From Albugo candida (Eukaryota): 64,000 nucleotides of DNA. Both the position numbers and the translations under genes were made by a program. Numbering within the stretch: the first letter of the stretch is position 1; every line of letters begins with the position of its first letter. Of the stretch, positions 1 through 12,377 are shown in pieces. The stretch lies in the NCBI GenBank assembly GCA_040437565.1, contig JBDOQK010000028.1:124001-188000 (forward strand), written 5' to 3'. The notes below the pieces were generated by a model. That model was given only the letters and a program-made list of their open reading frames with translations, had not been told where the DNA came from and did not search any database.

Positions 1-2095
1 CGAGGCGATCTCTGCTGGTCATTTCAAGAATCATATCGAGATTCCAGCGAATGTATGTGGAACAGTACGCCTCCAATGCACTCAGTGACATCGATTGGGC
101 ATGTTGGAGGACATCTACGGCATTGGTGAAGTCCATATAGCGAGCAATGGCTCGCTGTGTCATCTCCAGAAGTTTTGTTGGGCCATGACTATTCTGTACA
201 GGCGAACACTGGAAATCAGCTTCATAGGGACCGACCAGGATGGCAGTGTGTTGATGCCCTGCTGCGACCTGAACAGCTTTCTTGACACCTGAGACACGCT
301 TTGGTTGAGGCTGATATGTATTCTTGGATCCATGACCCAAGGATCCCTCCAGGCCATACCCCCATGTCACTAAATCACCGCTTTCTGTCACTATGGCACA
401 ACGATCGTCGGAAGCGCTAATGTCAACCACTGATCCAAAGGAGCAAATATTCTTCACTTTGGATGGTGCTCCTGGATAAGAAGGCTGAGCTGGAGTATCG
501 AGATCTTGACAGCATATAGTTTTGTTGGAGCCCCAGACATACACTTGGCCACGACTATCGAGCGCCATGGAATGGTTACGAGCACAAGAAATTCGGATGA
601 TATTGACGGGAGGAGTTGCGAGAAAAGCGCTTTTTCGATAAGCTTCTTTTGCTTTCTCAAAGTTGACTCGAACCAGATGAAAATATCCATTTCCACATCG
701 CCATACTTGGCCCTGTGCGACTTGATTCCGAGTACAGTTCAAAAGAACCAATGTATGACCTTCGGCGATCGAGATTTGAATCACGCACACGCTGTCGTAA
801 TTCTCTCGCATTTCAGAAAGCACTGGATGGCTCAGAAAAAGATTCACACGCTTTGGAATGGGGTCGCCGTGGTCAATCGCAAATGCTTCACTTCGTCCAA
901 GCTGCCCTTTTTTGTTGTTACCCCACGTGAATAACTCTCGTTGAGTCTCATCCTCTTGGCCTATGAAAGCCTTATCGGCTGATAGTTGTGGGGCTTTACG
1001 ATTTTCACAGATGGCGGCCGAGTGTGACCTCGAAGCGGCGATTTCCCGCACAACAAAACCTTTTAATGCATCAATTCGCTTGGGAAACAGACGACTTTCA
1101 AGCGTGCATTTGGAAGAATGACCCAGCTGCCCAAAACTGTTGGATCCCCACGAATACAACTTTCCATACCGTGAAAGTGCGAGCGTGTGGTTCTCTCCAG
1201 CGGCAACTTTGACCAAGAAAATATGAGCCAGTTTTTTCACCATCGCGGGCTCCAAATGACTAAAAGTTTTCTCAGATTATCTTATTTTTGCTCAGAAGCA
1301 TGGAAGTACGTACTCGCACTGAGTTCCAAGACCCAACCGTCCTCCTTTTCCAAATCCCCAAGTGAAGCAATGTCCATTTGCATTGAGGGCTACAGTATGG
1401 AACCTTGAAGCGCTTATTTGCGTTATTGGGCACGCTGATGGGAACAGAACAATTTTTGGAGTGGATTGAATCAAAGCTCGCGGGAGGTGGTACCCCAGCT
1501 ACATAAAAACGGATCTCAGCTGATTCCCATCCGATCAAAAATTTGAACGCTTTACTTGATAATCAGCTCTTCCACAAGTGTACACCAAGCCTCCTCGTCT
1601 CGTCGGATCTGAATTAGGCGAGATTCCTTGTTTGTGGTGCTTCTTTCCCGTGAAGTCGGAGACAGACAACCGAAATGCGATCGTTCGATGCGTAAAGCTA
1701 ATTATATCAGCTGCAGATTCACCCGCGTGGTCCTTCATTTGGAGAAAGAAATCGACTTTATTACGGTGGAACCGAAGCTGACAAACTCGCAAAAGTAAAG
1801 CTGCGATATGAATATGCTGATGGTAAAGACTACGGTGCAAAGCTGTCCATCCCGATTCCATATCTTGAAGAAACATATCTGCACCATAATCGAGTAAGAT
1901 CTTCACGACACTGAAATTACCCGAGGATGAAGCGATATGGAGAGCTGTTTCTCCTTGAGCGTTACGAGAATCAAGAATCGCGACATCCTTGTCCAATATG
2001 TGGTTAATTGATTTCAATGAGGAGTCTGTGGATGATTTAGCAAGACAGCAAAGATTCGTGGTTGCATCAAGTACAACTTCATTCGACACAGTCAT
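1..2095 (-). CDS. Ankyrin-repeat + RCC1-repeat protein (IBTK-like), multi-exon, runs off the window start
   Basis: ATG at 2095. Ankyrin motifs GETALHIASSSG and SGWTALHRSLY. Intron 1555-1499 (GTAAAG...TAG). Downstream RCC1 repeats read by hand: ISASRFHTVAL-GHCFTWGFGKGGRLG, VAAGENHTLAL-GKLYSWGSNSFGQLG, IAASRSHSAAI. Confidence 0.85.
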
Positions 2096-2165
2096 TATTT
2101 CTCTGCTTGGATAAGCTACAGCTGGAGTACCGGTACGATACCGGGATCATATCATGCTCTGATCC

Positions 2166-4118
2166 TCAGACTTGGTACACGGAGACGATTCCCCGACTAT
2201 GTAATGACGATTGTGAAGGAGAAGAAGACTGTGATGCAAAAAGATAACTCACTTGTCGGATACGCCCAATAATGAATCGCTGTCAAAACTAAAGTCGCCG
2301 CTGGTCTTGCAATTGTGGTCCTGGAATGCACCCCGGACGTATGTCTCATGGGGTAGCGTAAAACGGCTTTCTTCGCACAAATTTGCAATGCTGTTGGTTT
2401 CCGTGAATGCGAAACTGACCAAGGCATAGTGAGCATAGCGCTATTCGACAGCGAACAGTACAATCCTACCTTCCCATCCCAAAAAGTGCCAGTGTCTTTG
2501 GCATACACCTCGAACGCTGAAGTTCTCCATTCGACAATAATGGCGATGATAGCAAGTGATAATGACCAGTTTGAAGTCGAGGCATGCGAGTATCCAGTAT
2601 CAACATTTGACCCATCTCAAAGCCTAAAGCCACTTTGAACGGATCCAAGTACTCATGAGCAAACAATCCACCAAATAAGTGCACGTTCTACGACAATCAC
2701 AGTGGTTTGAAATTGGCTGATTATTGGAAAGAAACACCAACCCAGCATTTCGACAAAACTGTTTGAATCTGAGCTGCACGAAGACGAACGTCGGCTAGCT
2801 GGAAATCACCCCCATCGGTTGTCCAGCTGAGTTGGCCTTCGGTCATCGACCATCGGACGCTGCTGACAACGTCAAAGGCGTCGTATTTGATGAGAAGCGA
2901 ATTTGAGCCGTTCCCGCCCAGAGACCGAAGGTCGGACACACAAACTGTCTCATCGAATCCGCCGGTTAAAAGGTAGGGACCAATGGATCTCGACGTTGCA
3001 ATCTCTCGAATCGCGTCGGAATGAACCATGATGCTTGATCCAGCTAGGTCCAGTACGATTATGTCATCACTATGACCACGTGGAAACTGAACTAAGCGCT
3101 CAAACCCATCAGCTGGCAAGACGCCAGTGCAGCATGTAGATCCACGTGATAGAAATGGATGTCTTTACCAACTGCAGCCGCAACAATGTTATGATTGACC
3201 CAATTCAAGTCTCGAACTTCCTACAACAACTCTACTCATTTGTTGCTCAATCCGAGTGCAATATCTTACGCCAGCAATAGCGACATTTGTCAAATGGGTT
3301 GGAGTTCTGTAGTTTGTGGCCATCATCTGATGCTGATACGTGGGAAGACTCGTTGTGTATGTCGATGCTTCCGTTCCTACAAGAAGCAATCCGTCCTCAC
3401 GAATAACAGGCTTCGACAGCGCTACAACAACACAAAGCGATTACAATCTCGTCATCGATGCAAAAGAACGAACCGAGCGGTATCGGGCTGGTTTGATCGC
3501 GGAAGGAGACGACCTGTATTCAAATGCGGGCAATCGACAGCGAGAATGACAGCTTGAATGGAATCTTACGAATGACGGAGGCTTCCGCTGCTGGATTTGC
3601 TGCCCGTAATCGAATGGGTTGATGACGCTGAATATATTTGGAGCTGCGACATCGGGAATGGAAGCAACGCATTCTTTCCATTCAGTGATACCTTGCACCT
3701 CCCCTTGCTTCTGATCCGATGTGGATTCTGACGTCGAAAGAAGTTCTGGCTGGCCGGTTTCGACTGGAGCCTCCTCACCTTCGACCTGTTCTGTACTTGT
3801 GGAAGCATCCTCTGGAGGAGTATCTCTGGACATACTGTTCGCATTCGAATACGCTGAGAGAGATTCAACCAATTGTTTGTCAAAAGTCGTCCATGATTCT
3901 AAAATTCCGACCGCGATGGCATCCAAATTGGCATCTTGCGATTGTGTGGGCGATATATCTTCCAAGAAATCGCCCTGTAGATCTTTATCGTCTAGAATTG
4001 GAGCCCATATGCATTCCTGCTCATCTTCAACACTGCTCTCCTTCATTTGAGACGTAGCATCAGCACAAGGCTCACGTATTGCGTCAGGATGTGCATTTTC
4101 TTTCGTAGTCGGGTCCAT
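2166..4118 (-). CDS. WD40-repeat protein with acidic low-complexity N-terminus, multi-exon
   Basis: ORF pieces 4118-3441, 3389-3189, 3119-2721 and 2684-2466 are separated by short GT-AG introns. WD-like segments: HSDAIREIA...LLTGGFDETVCVSDL, VSSVRWS...WTTDGGDFQLADVR, VALGFEMGQMLILDTR. The last exon ends ...GIVSVYQV-TGA at 2166. Exon boundaries are approximate. Confidence 0.7.
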
Positions 4119-4504
4119 TTTGGAGATTGCAATGTCTAAGATCGAATCTTTGTTTCGATTCGGCCTTTTTCTTGCGAGAAAGGAGTCATGACCATCGAAA
4201 TTCCCTTGGAAAAGCAGAACTTTCTTGACGAGTATTATCGCTAGGTGGTTTTGTCTAGCATCAAATGGATCGATTCAGATGCAAATTAACAATGTGCAGC
4301 TTTTACGCTCCAAAATTGACTCTTTTCTGTCGCAGAGTTACAAACGTTTGCATAGAGATTGTCGAATGTATCAACGCGTCTGGTTTTTGGAGAAAGAACG
4401 CGCATGGTCCTTTCGAAAGCAATAGTAAACCTCAGCACAGCCTTTCCTAGTATTGCATTGCCATATGGGATCAGATTGGGGATTCTCTGAATATCAGCAA
4501 GTGG

Positions 4505-6223
4505 ATGGCGAAGAAGTTTAATGCGTGCAACGAACCGCATCAGAGCCAATTTCATGAGCAGGAAGTGGAGGCGAGGGATTATCATCTACAAATCAGCAAT
4601 TCCTTCGCATCGGATGTCGATAATGATGCCGAATCAAATCGATTCGTAGCTGGTGCAAAATTCTTCAACTACCAGCGGTATGGAGCATTACGATCTGGCG
4701 GGGAAGTATCTCTGTTTTCGCGGGATTATGGCGGTTTACTGGCAGCAGCGTTTGCGTCCTCAGCGACATTCTCGATAGTGAAGACATGCGTACGCCCAGT
4801 ATTGATGACTCACTTGCATACGAATCAGCGGATTTCTGATTCGGCTTTAGAGTATTTACTGAGTCTACCGACTTCTTTCAGCTTTTTCTATGGATTGATA
4901 TCAGACACCCTGCCGATCTATGAATATCGACGAAAATCGTATATGATTTTAGGCGCGTTTCTGTCCATGTTTGCACTCATTGGGCTCACCATTCTCTCTT
5001 TTGTGGTCACGATGCATTCAAGCAGAAAGCACGAAGTATCCCCAGTTTTGTACTTTTACATCGGTCTCATTATACTGGCAGTCACTGGCACATTGATCAG
5101 CAAGGTTGCCACAGACGCTCAAATCATCGAGCTTTCCCAACGTGAGCCGCTGACGAAACGAGGTCTGACTCAAATCAATTACTTGCTATTCCGCGAGATT
5201 GTAGAGGCTTGTGGGATCGGAATCAGCTCAATCATGATTCGTTACGATGAAGTGAAAATGACATATGAGGGGGTTATCTCCCCAGCGTGGATCTACGCGA
5301 TTCTCTTTTTCGTGTCCATGATCACCATCCAGCTGACATTTCTTCACAATGTTGAGTCGCCAGTGATACAAAGAATAAAGGGCATTTCCGTTGACGCGAA
5401 CGATACAACCGAATACAATGAACAAGTTCACATCCTGTCGAATCGATGGGCACCAGTCTATGCTTTCTATCGTATGTGCCAGCAAAGAGCTGTGTGGCAG
5501 CTTGTGACGTTCTTGATGATTGCGATGGCTACATCTCGCTTCCATTTTGGCAGAGGCTTTGATGTGCTCAAACAGTTGGCACATCTTCGGCAATTGAGCG
5601 AGTTGATCGGAAATGCATTCCGAATGCTTGTTACTCTTACAGCAATGTTTGCATGGAGAGCATGGTTGATCAATGTCTCATGGCGATATACCGTCTCAAT
5701 GGCGATATTACTTTGCATCGGACTGGAAATTCTTCAATTCATGCTGATTCTTTATGTCGACTCGGTGCGGAATGAGTACTTTTACTATACGATTCACTCG
5801 TTCTTGGGAGTTGAAGACGCCATTCTCATCATCTTTGCATTTATTCCTGCAACTGAAATTGCGGAATATGGCTTGGAAGGTGCCACGTCGGGTCTACTTG
5901 CATCTTTTCGGAGCATTATGAAAACATCTGTCGGGTCAATTTGTGAGAAAATCAGCCACATCGAGTACTTTGCAGCCTTATCTACGAAAACGATCGCTCA
6001 ACTCTGCATTTTGTTTTGGATTTCGGCCATCATCCAGGGCGCGGTGTGTTTCGCTATTCCGCTGCTACCACGACAGAAACTGGATGCACAACAACTTCGA
6101 GTGTATGGTGGGTACAGTCATATAGCTTTCATCTTTCTCAGCGTGTGCTTTTGCTTCACTTTTGTGATCGCGACATATCTCAATATCCACTCGGTCTACG
6201 GGATCGTGCACAATTGGTATTGA
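4505..6223 (+). CDS. Folate-biopterin transporter (BT1 family, MFS), 572 aa
   Basis: Single ORF with about 12 hydrophobic segments. Motifs FFYGLISDTLPIYEYRRKSYMILG, SQREPLTKRGLTQ, EIAEYGLEGA and LLPRQKLDAQQL are typical of oomycete BT1 proteins. Confidence 0.85.
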   Translation: MAKKFNACNEPHQSQFHEQEVEARDYHLQISNSFASDVDNDAESNRFVAGAKFFNYQRYGALRSGGEVSLFSRDYGGLLAAAFASSATFSIVKTCVRPVLMTHLHTNQRISDSALEYLLSLPTSFSFFYGLISDTLPIYEYRRKSYMILGAFLSMFALIGLTILSFVVTMHSSRKHEVSPVLYFYIGLIILAVTGTLISKVATDAQIIELSQREPLTKRGLTQINYLLFREIVEACGIGISSIMIRYDEVKMTYEGVISPAWIYAILFFVSMITIQLTFLHNVESPVIQRIKGISVDANDTTEYNEQVHILSNRWAPVYAFYRMCQQRAVWQLVTFLMIAMATSRFHFGRGFDVLKQLAHLRQLSELIGNAFRMLVTLTAMFAWRAWLINVSWRYTVSMAILLCIGLEILQFMLILYVDSVRNEYFYYTIHSFLGVEDAILIIFAFIPATEIAEYGLEGATSGLLASFRSIMKTSVGSICEKISHIEYFAALSTKTIAQLCILFWISAIIQGAVCFAIPLLPRQKLDAQQLRVYGGYSHIAFIFLSVCFCFTFVIATYLNIHSVYGIVHNWY

Positions 6224-6499
6224 TTCCCGTTGGTATCATCGTAGTGTTTGTATCGAGTAAACCTTTTTTGTGCTTGATTGACTCGTTTTAGCGATGAAAG
6301 CGGAGTGACTGATTGGTATCGATGGATGACTCGACCACCCTGCTCAACGCACGTGTGAAGTGATCCTGATTGGCATATTTGTTGTCCTTGCTTATTCTTA
6401 GCTTGCGTTTCTGCACAAGCCACGTGTTCTTATGCGCCGATAAGTAAGGCCCAATACCGTCAGTTGCAGAGATTATAGATAGATAGCACACGAATAAAA

Positions 6500-7662
6500 A
6501 TGGGCAAAACACCAGAGGAACAGCTTAATGTATTACGCAAGCTTGAAGCCAACAAAAGCTGCATCAATTGCGGCTCATATAGTAAGTTTGGACATCCCAA
6601 TGTCTGTGAGCCGTTTAAGACATTTACATGCTCACAATGCAAGAGCGCTCATCAGAGCTTTTCCATGCGCGTCAAGGTATACTTTTCGTGTGATTTGAAC
6701 GACACAAATTTGATCGTATTTGAATGTAGCATTACTCCATGTCTAATTGGAGCGCAGAGGAAGTCGAGGCTTTGAAGGAAGAGAATGGCGGTGGAAATGT
6801 TAATGCTAGGCGAGTTTGGTTTGGAAAATGGGATGAAAACTTGATGCGTAGACCCACGGAAGGAGACAATTTGGAGTACTTTAAGAGCTTTATTGACAAA
6901 GTATACAATCAACGCGCATTCTATGACCAGAACGGGCACAAAGCACCAATTCGATCTGCTGATAGACAACAAAAGAGTGTTACAGAGCCGTTAGAGTGTG
7001 CGATGGCTGCCACCTCGACTGAGAATTTGCTATCATTCGATGCATTTAGCTCGGAACCTCGTCCAGCAGCGTCCGACTTTGATTTGTTTACGGAACCGAT
7101 CAAACCAAAGTGTCACTCACAAGAAAACGAATGGAGCGCGTTTACGTCCTCTGTGGAGCCAAGTAGTGCGGCTTTTAGTGATTTCTCTTTTGCGCCTACT
7201 ACCTCATCGAGCAGTTCAATCAATCCTTCTTTTCCATCATTCGATCCAATTATGCAGCCGACAAATGGACCACAAAAAAATTCTACTCCCAATTTCGATC
7301 CCTTCACAGACCCGTTCTCTCCACAAGTGTCTATTGGTCGCACTCACGCTGCGACGCATTCTAGCATGGGCGGCAGTGGGTTCAATGTTTTCCAGGGCTA
7401 CACGAAACAGAATGGAAATGGGCTTAATGGAATGGGTGGCAATAGGACGACATGCTACGAGCAACAAAATATGATGAATACGATAAAGCCATCTAACATG
7501 GTGATAAGGCAGCCAAACTCGCTTGTGATGTCAACAGGGTGCACAGGGAATAATATCAGCAACTATTTTGATCCATTTACAGCTCAGCAAGTGGACTCAG
7601 GCGGTAAAGGTTCAGCGAATGCGAAACGTGATCCCTTCGCCGGCTTGGGTTTGCCTATTTGA
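6500..7662 (+). CDS. ArfGAP-domain protein (AGFG/SMAP-like) with DPF-motif tail; catalytic Arg replaced by Gln
   Basis: Exon 1 6500-6676, intron 6677-6729 (GTATAC...TAG), exon 2 to 7662. Zn finger CINC...CSQC, then RVK..SMSNWSAEEV..L..GGN..AR..W and FIDKVY. The tail carries FDPF, TDPF, FDPF and RDPF. Confidence 0.85.
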
Positions 7663-7918
7663 GAATGAACAGATATTCTAAACTACATAATAAAATTGGC
7701 TTCGTATGTGCTCATTATGTAAGGCAGTTAGCAGTTGATTAGAGCCAACAGTGTAGAAAGAAAAACTTCGAGAAAGTCTTTGGTCGATCAGGTCGGAAGA
7801 TATATGCAAAAGCTATAAAGAGCTACGAGTGTGCGAAGAAAGAAAGGTTCAATAAGCATTTACCGACGTTTCATTTCTATCATTACTTTCTCAAGAAAAT
7901 GGAGTACTTCACGAGACC

Positions 7919-8707
7919 TCAAACGCGTTCTTCTGCACCTTCATCATCAAGAAATTCTACCATGGTCTGATTCTTTCCGCTTTCTCCATCTGGTTTATCA
8001 GTCTTCGAATCGTCTGTAAAGGTCTTCTCCTTTTTGCTTCCATCACTTCCACTGGCATCGCCTGGAATCAAATTAGGTCTCGCTTCAGTATCCTGAATAC
8101 CATTTTCAATAATGTCTTCAGAGGTATCTGGAGCAACAGGATGGGGACTCATGACATAATGCATCTGCCCATTCGAAAAACCATATCTCAGCGTGTTGAT
8201 TGCAAGCTGAATGGCCCAATACGGTGGTTTTTCGTGATTTTCCGAGCCATCTTTTTCATTCTTATCGCTCTCCTCATGCCGTCGGGATTCCGAATTCGAT
8301 GGAATGTTGGACATGTGAGGTGGTTGAATGATGTTTACATCCACAGGATGATGTACATTTGCGTCTACCGCAAGCAATGTACTCTCCGGAAGTGGATGGG
8401 TGAGTCTGCCATTACTTTGTGTATTCGCATCCATTGGGTTTTCAATGTGGTTGGGAACGCTCCTCGGTACAGTATGCGAGCTTCCTGCGGCATCATTAAT
8501 AGTATGCGGCCAGGCTGTGTGCATGCTCGGAACAGATCGGTAAGTCTTATGCAGGTCGCTAGTGTGATGAGATTGCTCGCGTGGATTAGCGATCAGCTCA
8601 TTTTCATGCATACTGTTTTGGTTGAATAGACTCGGACCTAATTCTTTGGCATTGATTTGTAACCACGAAGAAAGCAGCACGAAACGAAAAGAAGGCAGGT
8701 TTCCCAT
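7919..8707 (-). CDS. Predicted secreted low-complexity protein, 262 aa (effector candidate)
   Basis: The N-terminus MGNLPSFRFVLLSSWLQINA-KE looks like a signal peptide. The rest is H/P/S/D/E-rich with no recognisable domain. Confidence 0.6.
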   Translation of the reverse strand: MGNLPSFRFVLLSSWLQINAKELGPSLFNQNSMHENELIANPREQSHHTSDLHKTYRSVPSMHTAWPHTINDAAGSSHTVPRSVPNHIENPMDANTQSNGRLTHPLPESTLLAVDANVHHPVDVNIIQPPHMSNIPSNSESRRHEESDKNEKDGSENHEKPPYWAIQLAINTLRYGFSNGQMHYVMSPHPVAPDTSEDIIENGIQDTEARPNLIPGDASGSDGSKKEKTFTDDSKTDKPDGESGKNQTMVEFLDDEGAEERV

Positions 8708-8734
8708 TCAAATACGGGTTTTCTTGCTTATTCT

Positions 8735-8750
8735 AAATTGAATGCTGAGC
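8735..8750 (-). promoter_or_regulatory. Possible oomycete INR/FPR core promoter element
   Basis: Minus-strand GCTCAGCATTCAATTT matches 13/16 of the oomycete consensus GCTCATTYYNCAWTTT, about 28 nt upstream of the ATG at 8707. Confidence 0.35.
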
Positions 8751-9237
8751 CATTTGTCGATTTACTTGAGATCGGATTCGAAGTGGTACTCTTGTAAGGA
8801 ACATCCACCTTTCACATCATTTCGAACGGCCGCTATGGATTACCTGATAAGAATCCAGGGCTCCACTCTGAATCGAATGGAGGAAATGTGTCTAAACACT
8901 GTTGAAGCTACTTCGAAGTGTCTGTGGTGACACTCTAAAAGCCTGAATCGATAGGAGTCCTTCGTCAGAATAGTAAAGAAGGATAGATCAAGGAGCGTCC
9001 CACCAATCAGACAAAAAATAGGGTGAAAGTAGTCTTGCTCATGAGGATTCTAGATTCAAATTAGAGAAAATCACGCGAAATGAAGGCAGAACGGGTACTA
9101 ATACATGAATCGGCCTTCCCTGCAAGTACACCCAGTCNNNNNNNNNNNNNNNNNNNNNNNNNNNNNNNNNNNNNNNNNNNNNNNNNNNNNNNNNNNNNNN
9201 NNNNNNNNNNNNNNNNNNNNNNNNNNNNNNNNNNNNN

Positions 9238-9893
9238 TCAAACAGTTGGCACATCTTCGGCAATTGAGCGAGTTGATCGGAAATGCATTCCGAATGCTTG
9301 TTACTCTTACAGCAATGTTTGCATGGAGAGCATGGTTGATCAATGTCTCATGGCGATATACCGTCTCAATGGCGATATTACTTTGCATCGGACTGGAAAT
9401 TCTTCAATTCATGCTGATTCTTTATGTCGACTCGGTGCGGAATGAGTACTTTTACTATACGATTCACTCGTTCTTGGGAGTTGAAGACGCCATTCTCATC
9501 ATCTTTGCATTTATTCCTGCAACTGAAATTGCGGAATATGGCTTGGAAGGTGCCACGTCGGGTCTACTTGCATCTTTTCGGAGCATTATGAAAACATCTG
9601 TCGGGTCAATTTGTGAGAAAATCAGCCACATCGAGTACTTTGCAGCCTTATCTACGAAAACGATCGCTCAACTCTGCATTTTGTTTTGGATTTCGGCCAT
9701 CATCCAGGGCGCGGTGTGTTTCGCTATTCCGCTGCTACCACGACAGAAACTGGATGCACAACAACTTCGAGTGTATGGTGGGTACAGTCATATAGCTTTC
9801 ATCTTTCTCAGCGTGTGCTTTTGCTTCACTTTTGTGATCGCGACATATCTCAATATCCACTCGGTCTACGGGATCGTGCACAATTGGTATTGA
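9238..9893 (+). other. Duplicate 3' part of the BT1 transporter gene (assembly copy)
   Basis: Identical to 5568-6223 and begins at the gap edge. Confidence 0.85.
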
Positions 9894-10169
9894 TTCCCGT
9901 TGGTATCATCGTAGTGTTTGTATCGAGTAAACCTTTTTTGTGCTTGATTGACTCGTTTTAGCGATGAAAGCGGAGTGACTGATTGGTATCGATGGATGAC
10001 TCGACCACCCTGCTCAACGCACGTGTGAAGTGATCCTGATTGGCATATTTGTTGTCCTTGCTTATTCTTAGCTTGCGTTTCTGCACAAGCCACGTGTTCT
10101 TATGCGCCGATAAGTAAGGCCCAATACCGTCAGTTGCAGAGATTATAGATAGATAGCACACGAATAAAA

Positions 10170-11332
10170 ATGGGCAAAACACCAGAGGAACAGCTTAATG
10201 TATTACGCAAGCTTGAAGCCAACAAAAGCTGCATCAATTGCGGCTCATATAGTAAGTTTGGACATCCCAATGTCTGTGAGCCGTTTAAGACATTTACATG
10301 CTCACAATGCAAGAGCGCTCATCAGAGCTTTTCCATGCGCGTCAAGGTATACTTTTCGTGTGATTTGAACGACACAAATTTGATCGTATTTGAATGTAGC
10401 ATTACTCCATGTCTAATTGGAGCGCAGAGGAAGTCGAGGCTTTGAAGGAAGAGAATGGCGGTGGAAATGTTAATGCTAGGCGAGTTTGGTTTGGAAAATG
10501 GGATGAAAACTTGATGCGTAGACCCACGGAAGGAGACAATTTGGAGTACTTTAAGAGCTTTATTGACAAAGTATACAATCAACGCGCATTCTATGACCAG
10601 AACGGGCACAAAGCACCAATTCGATCTGCTGATAGACAACAAAAGAGTGTTACAGAGCCGTTAGAGTGTGCGATGGCTGCCACCTCGACTGAGAATTTGC
10701 TATCATTCGATGCATTTAGCTCGGAACCTCGTCCAGCAGCGTCCGACTTTGATTTGTTTACGGAACCGATCAAACCAAAGTGTCACTCACAAGAAAACGA
10801 ATGGAGCGCGTTTACGTCCTCTGTGGAGCCAAGTAGTGCGGCTTTTAGTGATTTCTCTTTTGCGCCTACTACCTCATCGAGCAGTTCAATCAATCCTTCT
10901 TTTCCATCATTCGATCCAATTATGCAGCCGACAAATGGACCACAAAAAAATTCTACTCCCAATTTCGATCCCTTCACAGACCCGTTCTCTCCACAAGTGT
11001 CTATTGGTCGCACTCACGCTGCGACGCATTCTAGCATGGGCGGCAGTGGGTTCAATGTTTTCCAGGGCTACACGAAACAGAATGGAAATGGGCTTAATGG
11101 AATGGGTGGCAATAGGACGACATGCTACGAGCAACAAAATATGATGAATACGATAAAGCCATCTAACATGGTGATAAGGCAGCCAAACTCGCTTGTGATG
11201 TCAACAGGGTGCACAGGGAATAATATCAGCAACTATTTTGATCCATTTACAGCTCAGCAAGTGGACTCAGGCGGTAAAGGTTCAGCGAATGCGAAACGTG
11301 ATCCCTTCGCCGGCTTGGGTTTGCCTATTTGA
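10170..11332 (+). CDS. Second identical copy of the ArfGAP-domain gene (likely assembly duplicate)
   Basis: Identical translation to 6500-7662; intron 10347-10399. Confidence 0.75.
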
Positions 11333-11588
11333 GAATGAACAGATATTCTAAACTACATAATAAAATTGGCTTCGTATGTGCTCATTATGTAAGGCAGTTA
11401 GCAGTTGATTAGAGCCAACAGTGTAGAAAGAAAAACTTCGAGAAAGTCTTTGGTCGATCAGGTCGGAAGATATATGCAAAAGCTATAAAGAGCTACGAGT
11501 GTGCGAAGAAAGAAAGGTTCAATAAGCATTTACCGACGTTTCATTTCTATCATTACTTTCTCAAGAAAATGGAGTACTTCACGAGACC

Positions 11589-12377
11589 TCAAACGCGTTC
11601 TTCTGCACCTTCATCATCAAGAAATTCTACCATGGTCTGATTCTTTCCGCTTTCTCCATCTGGTTTATCAGTCTTCGAATCGTCTGTAAAGGTCTTCTCC
11701 TTTTTGCTTCCATCACTTCCACTGGCATCGCCTGGAATCAAATTAGGTCTCGCTTCAGTATCCTGAATACCATTTTCAATAATGTCTTCAGAGGTATCTG
11801 GAGCAACAGGATGGGGACTCATGACATAATGCATCTGCCCATTCGAAAAACCATATCTCAGCGTGTTGATTGCAAGCTGAATGGCCCAATACGGTGGTTT
11901 TTCGTGATTTTCCGAGCCATCTTTTTCATTCTTATCGCTCTCCTCATGCCGTCGGGATTCCGAATTCGATGGAATGTTGGACATGTGAGGTGGTTGAATG
12001 ATGTTTACATCCACAGGATGATGTACATTTGCGTCTACCGCAAGCAATGTACTCTCCGGAAGTGGATGGGTGAGTCTGCCATTACTTTGTGTATTCGCAT
12101 CCATTGGGTTTTCAATGTGGTTGGGAACGCTCCTCGGTACAGTATGCGAGCTTCCTGCGGCATCATTAATAGTATGCGGCCAGGCTGTGTGCATGCTCGG
12201 AACAGATCGGTAAGTCTTATGCAGGTCGCTAGTGTGATGAGATTGCTCGCGTGGATTAGCGATCAGCTCATTTTCATGCATACTGTTTTGGTTGAATAGA
12301 CTCGGACCTAATTCTTTGGCATTGATTTGTAACCACGAAGAAAGCAGCACGAAACGAAAAGAAGGCAGGTTTCCCAT
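11589..12377 (-). CDS. Second identical copy of the secreted 262-aa protein gene (likely assembly duplicate)
   Basis: Identical translation to 7919-8707. Confidence 0.55.
   Translation of the reverse strand: MGNLPSFRFVLLSSWLQINAKELGPSLFNQNSMHENELIANPREQSHHTSDLHKTYRSVPSMHTAWPHTINDAAGSSHTVPRSVPNHIENPMDANTQSNGRLTHPLPESTLLAVDANVHHPVDVNIIQPPHMSNIPSNSESRRHEESDKNEKDGSENHEKPPYWAIQLAINTLRYGFSNGQMHYVMSPHPVAPDTSEDIIENGIQDTEARPNLIPGDASGSDGSKKEKTFTDDSKTDKPDGESGKNQTMVEFLDDEGAEERV

Noticed and set aside
8141-8629. 162-aa plus-strand ORF, and 6998-7474 in an alternative frame
   Set aside because: They overlap better-supported genes in antisense or alternative frames.
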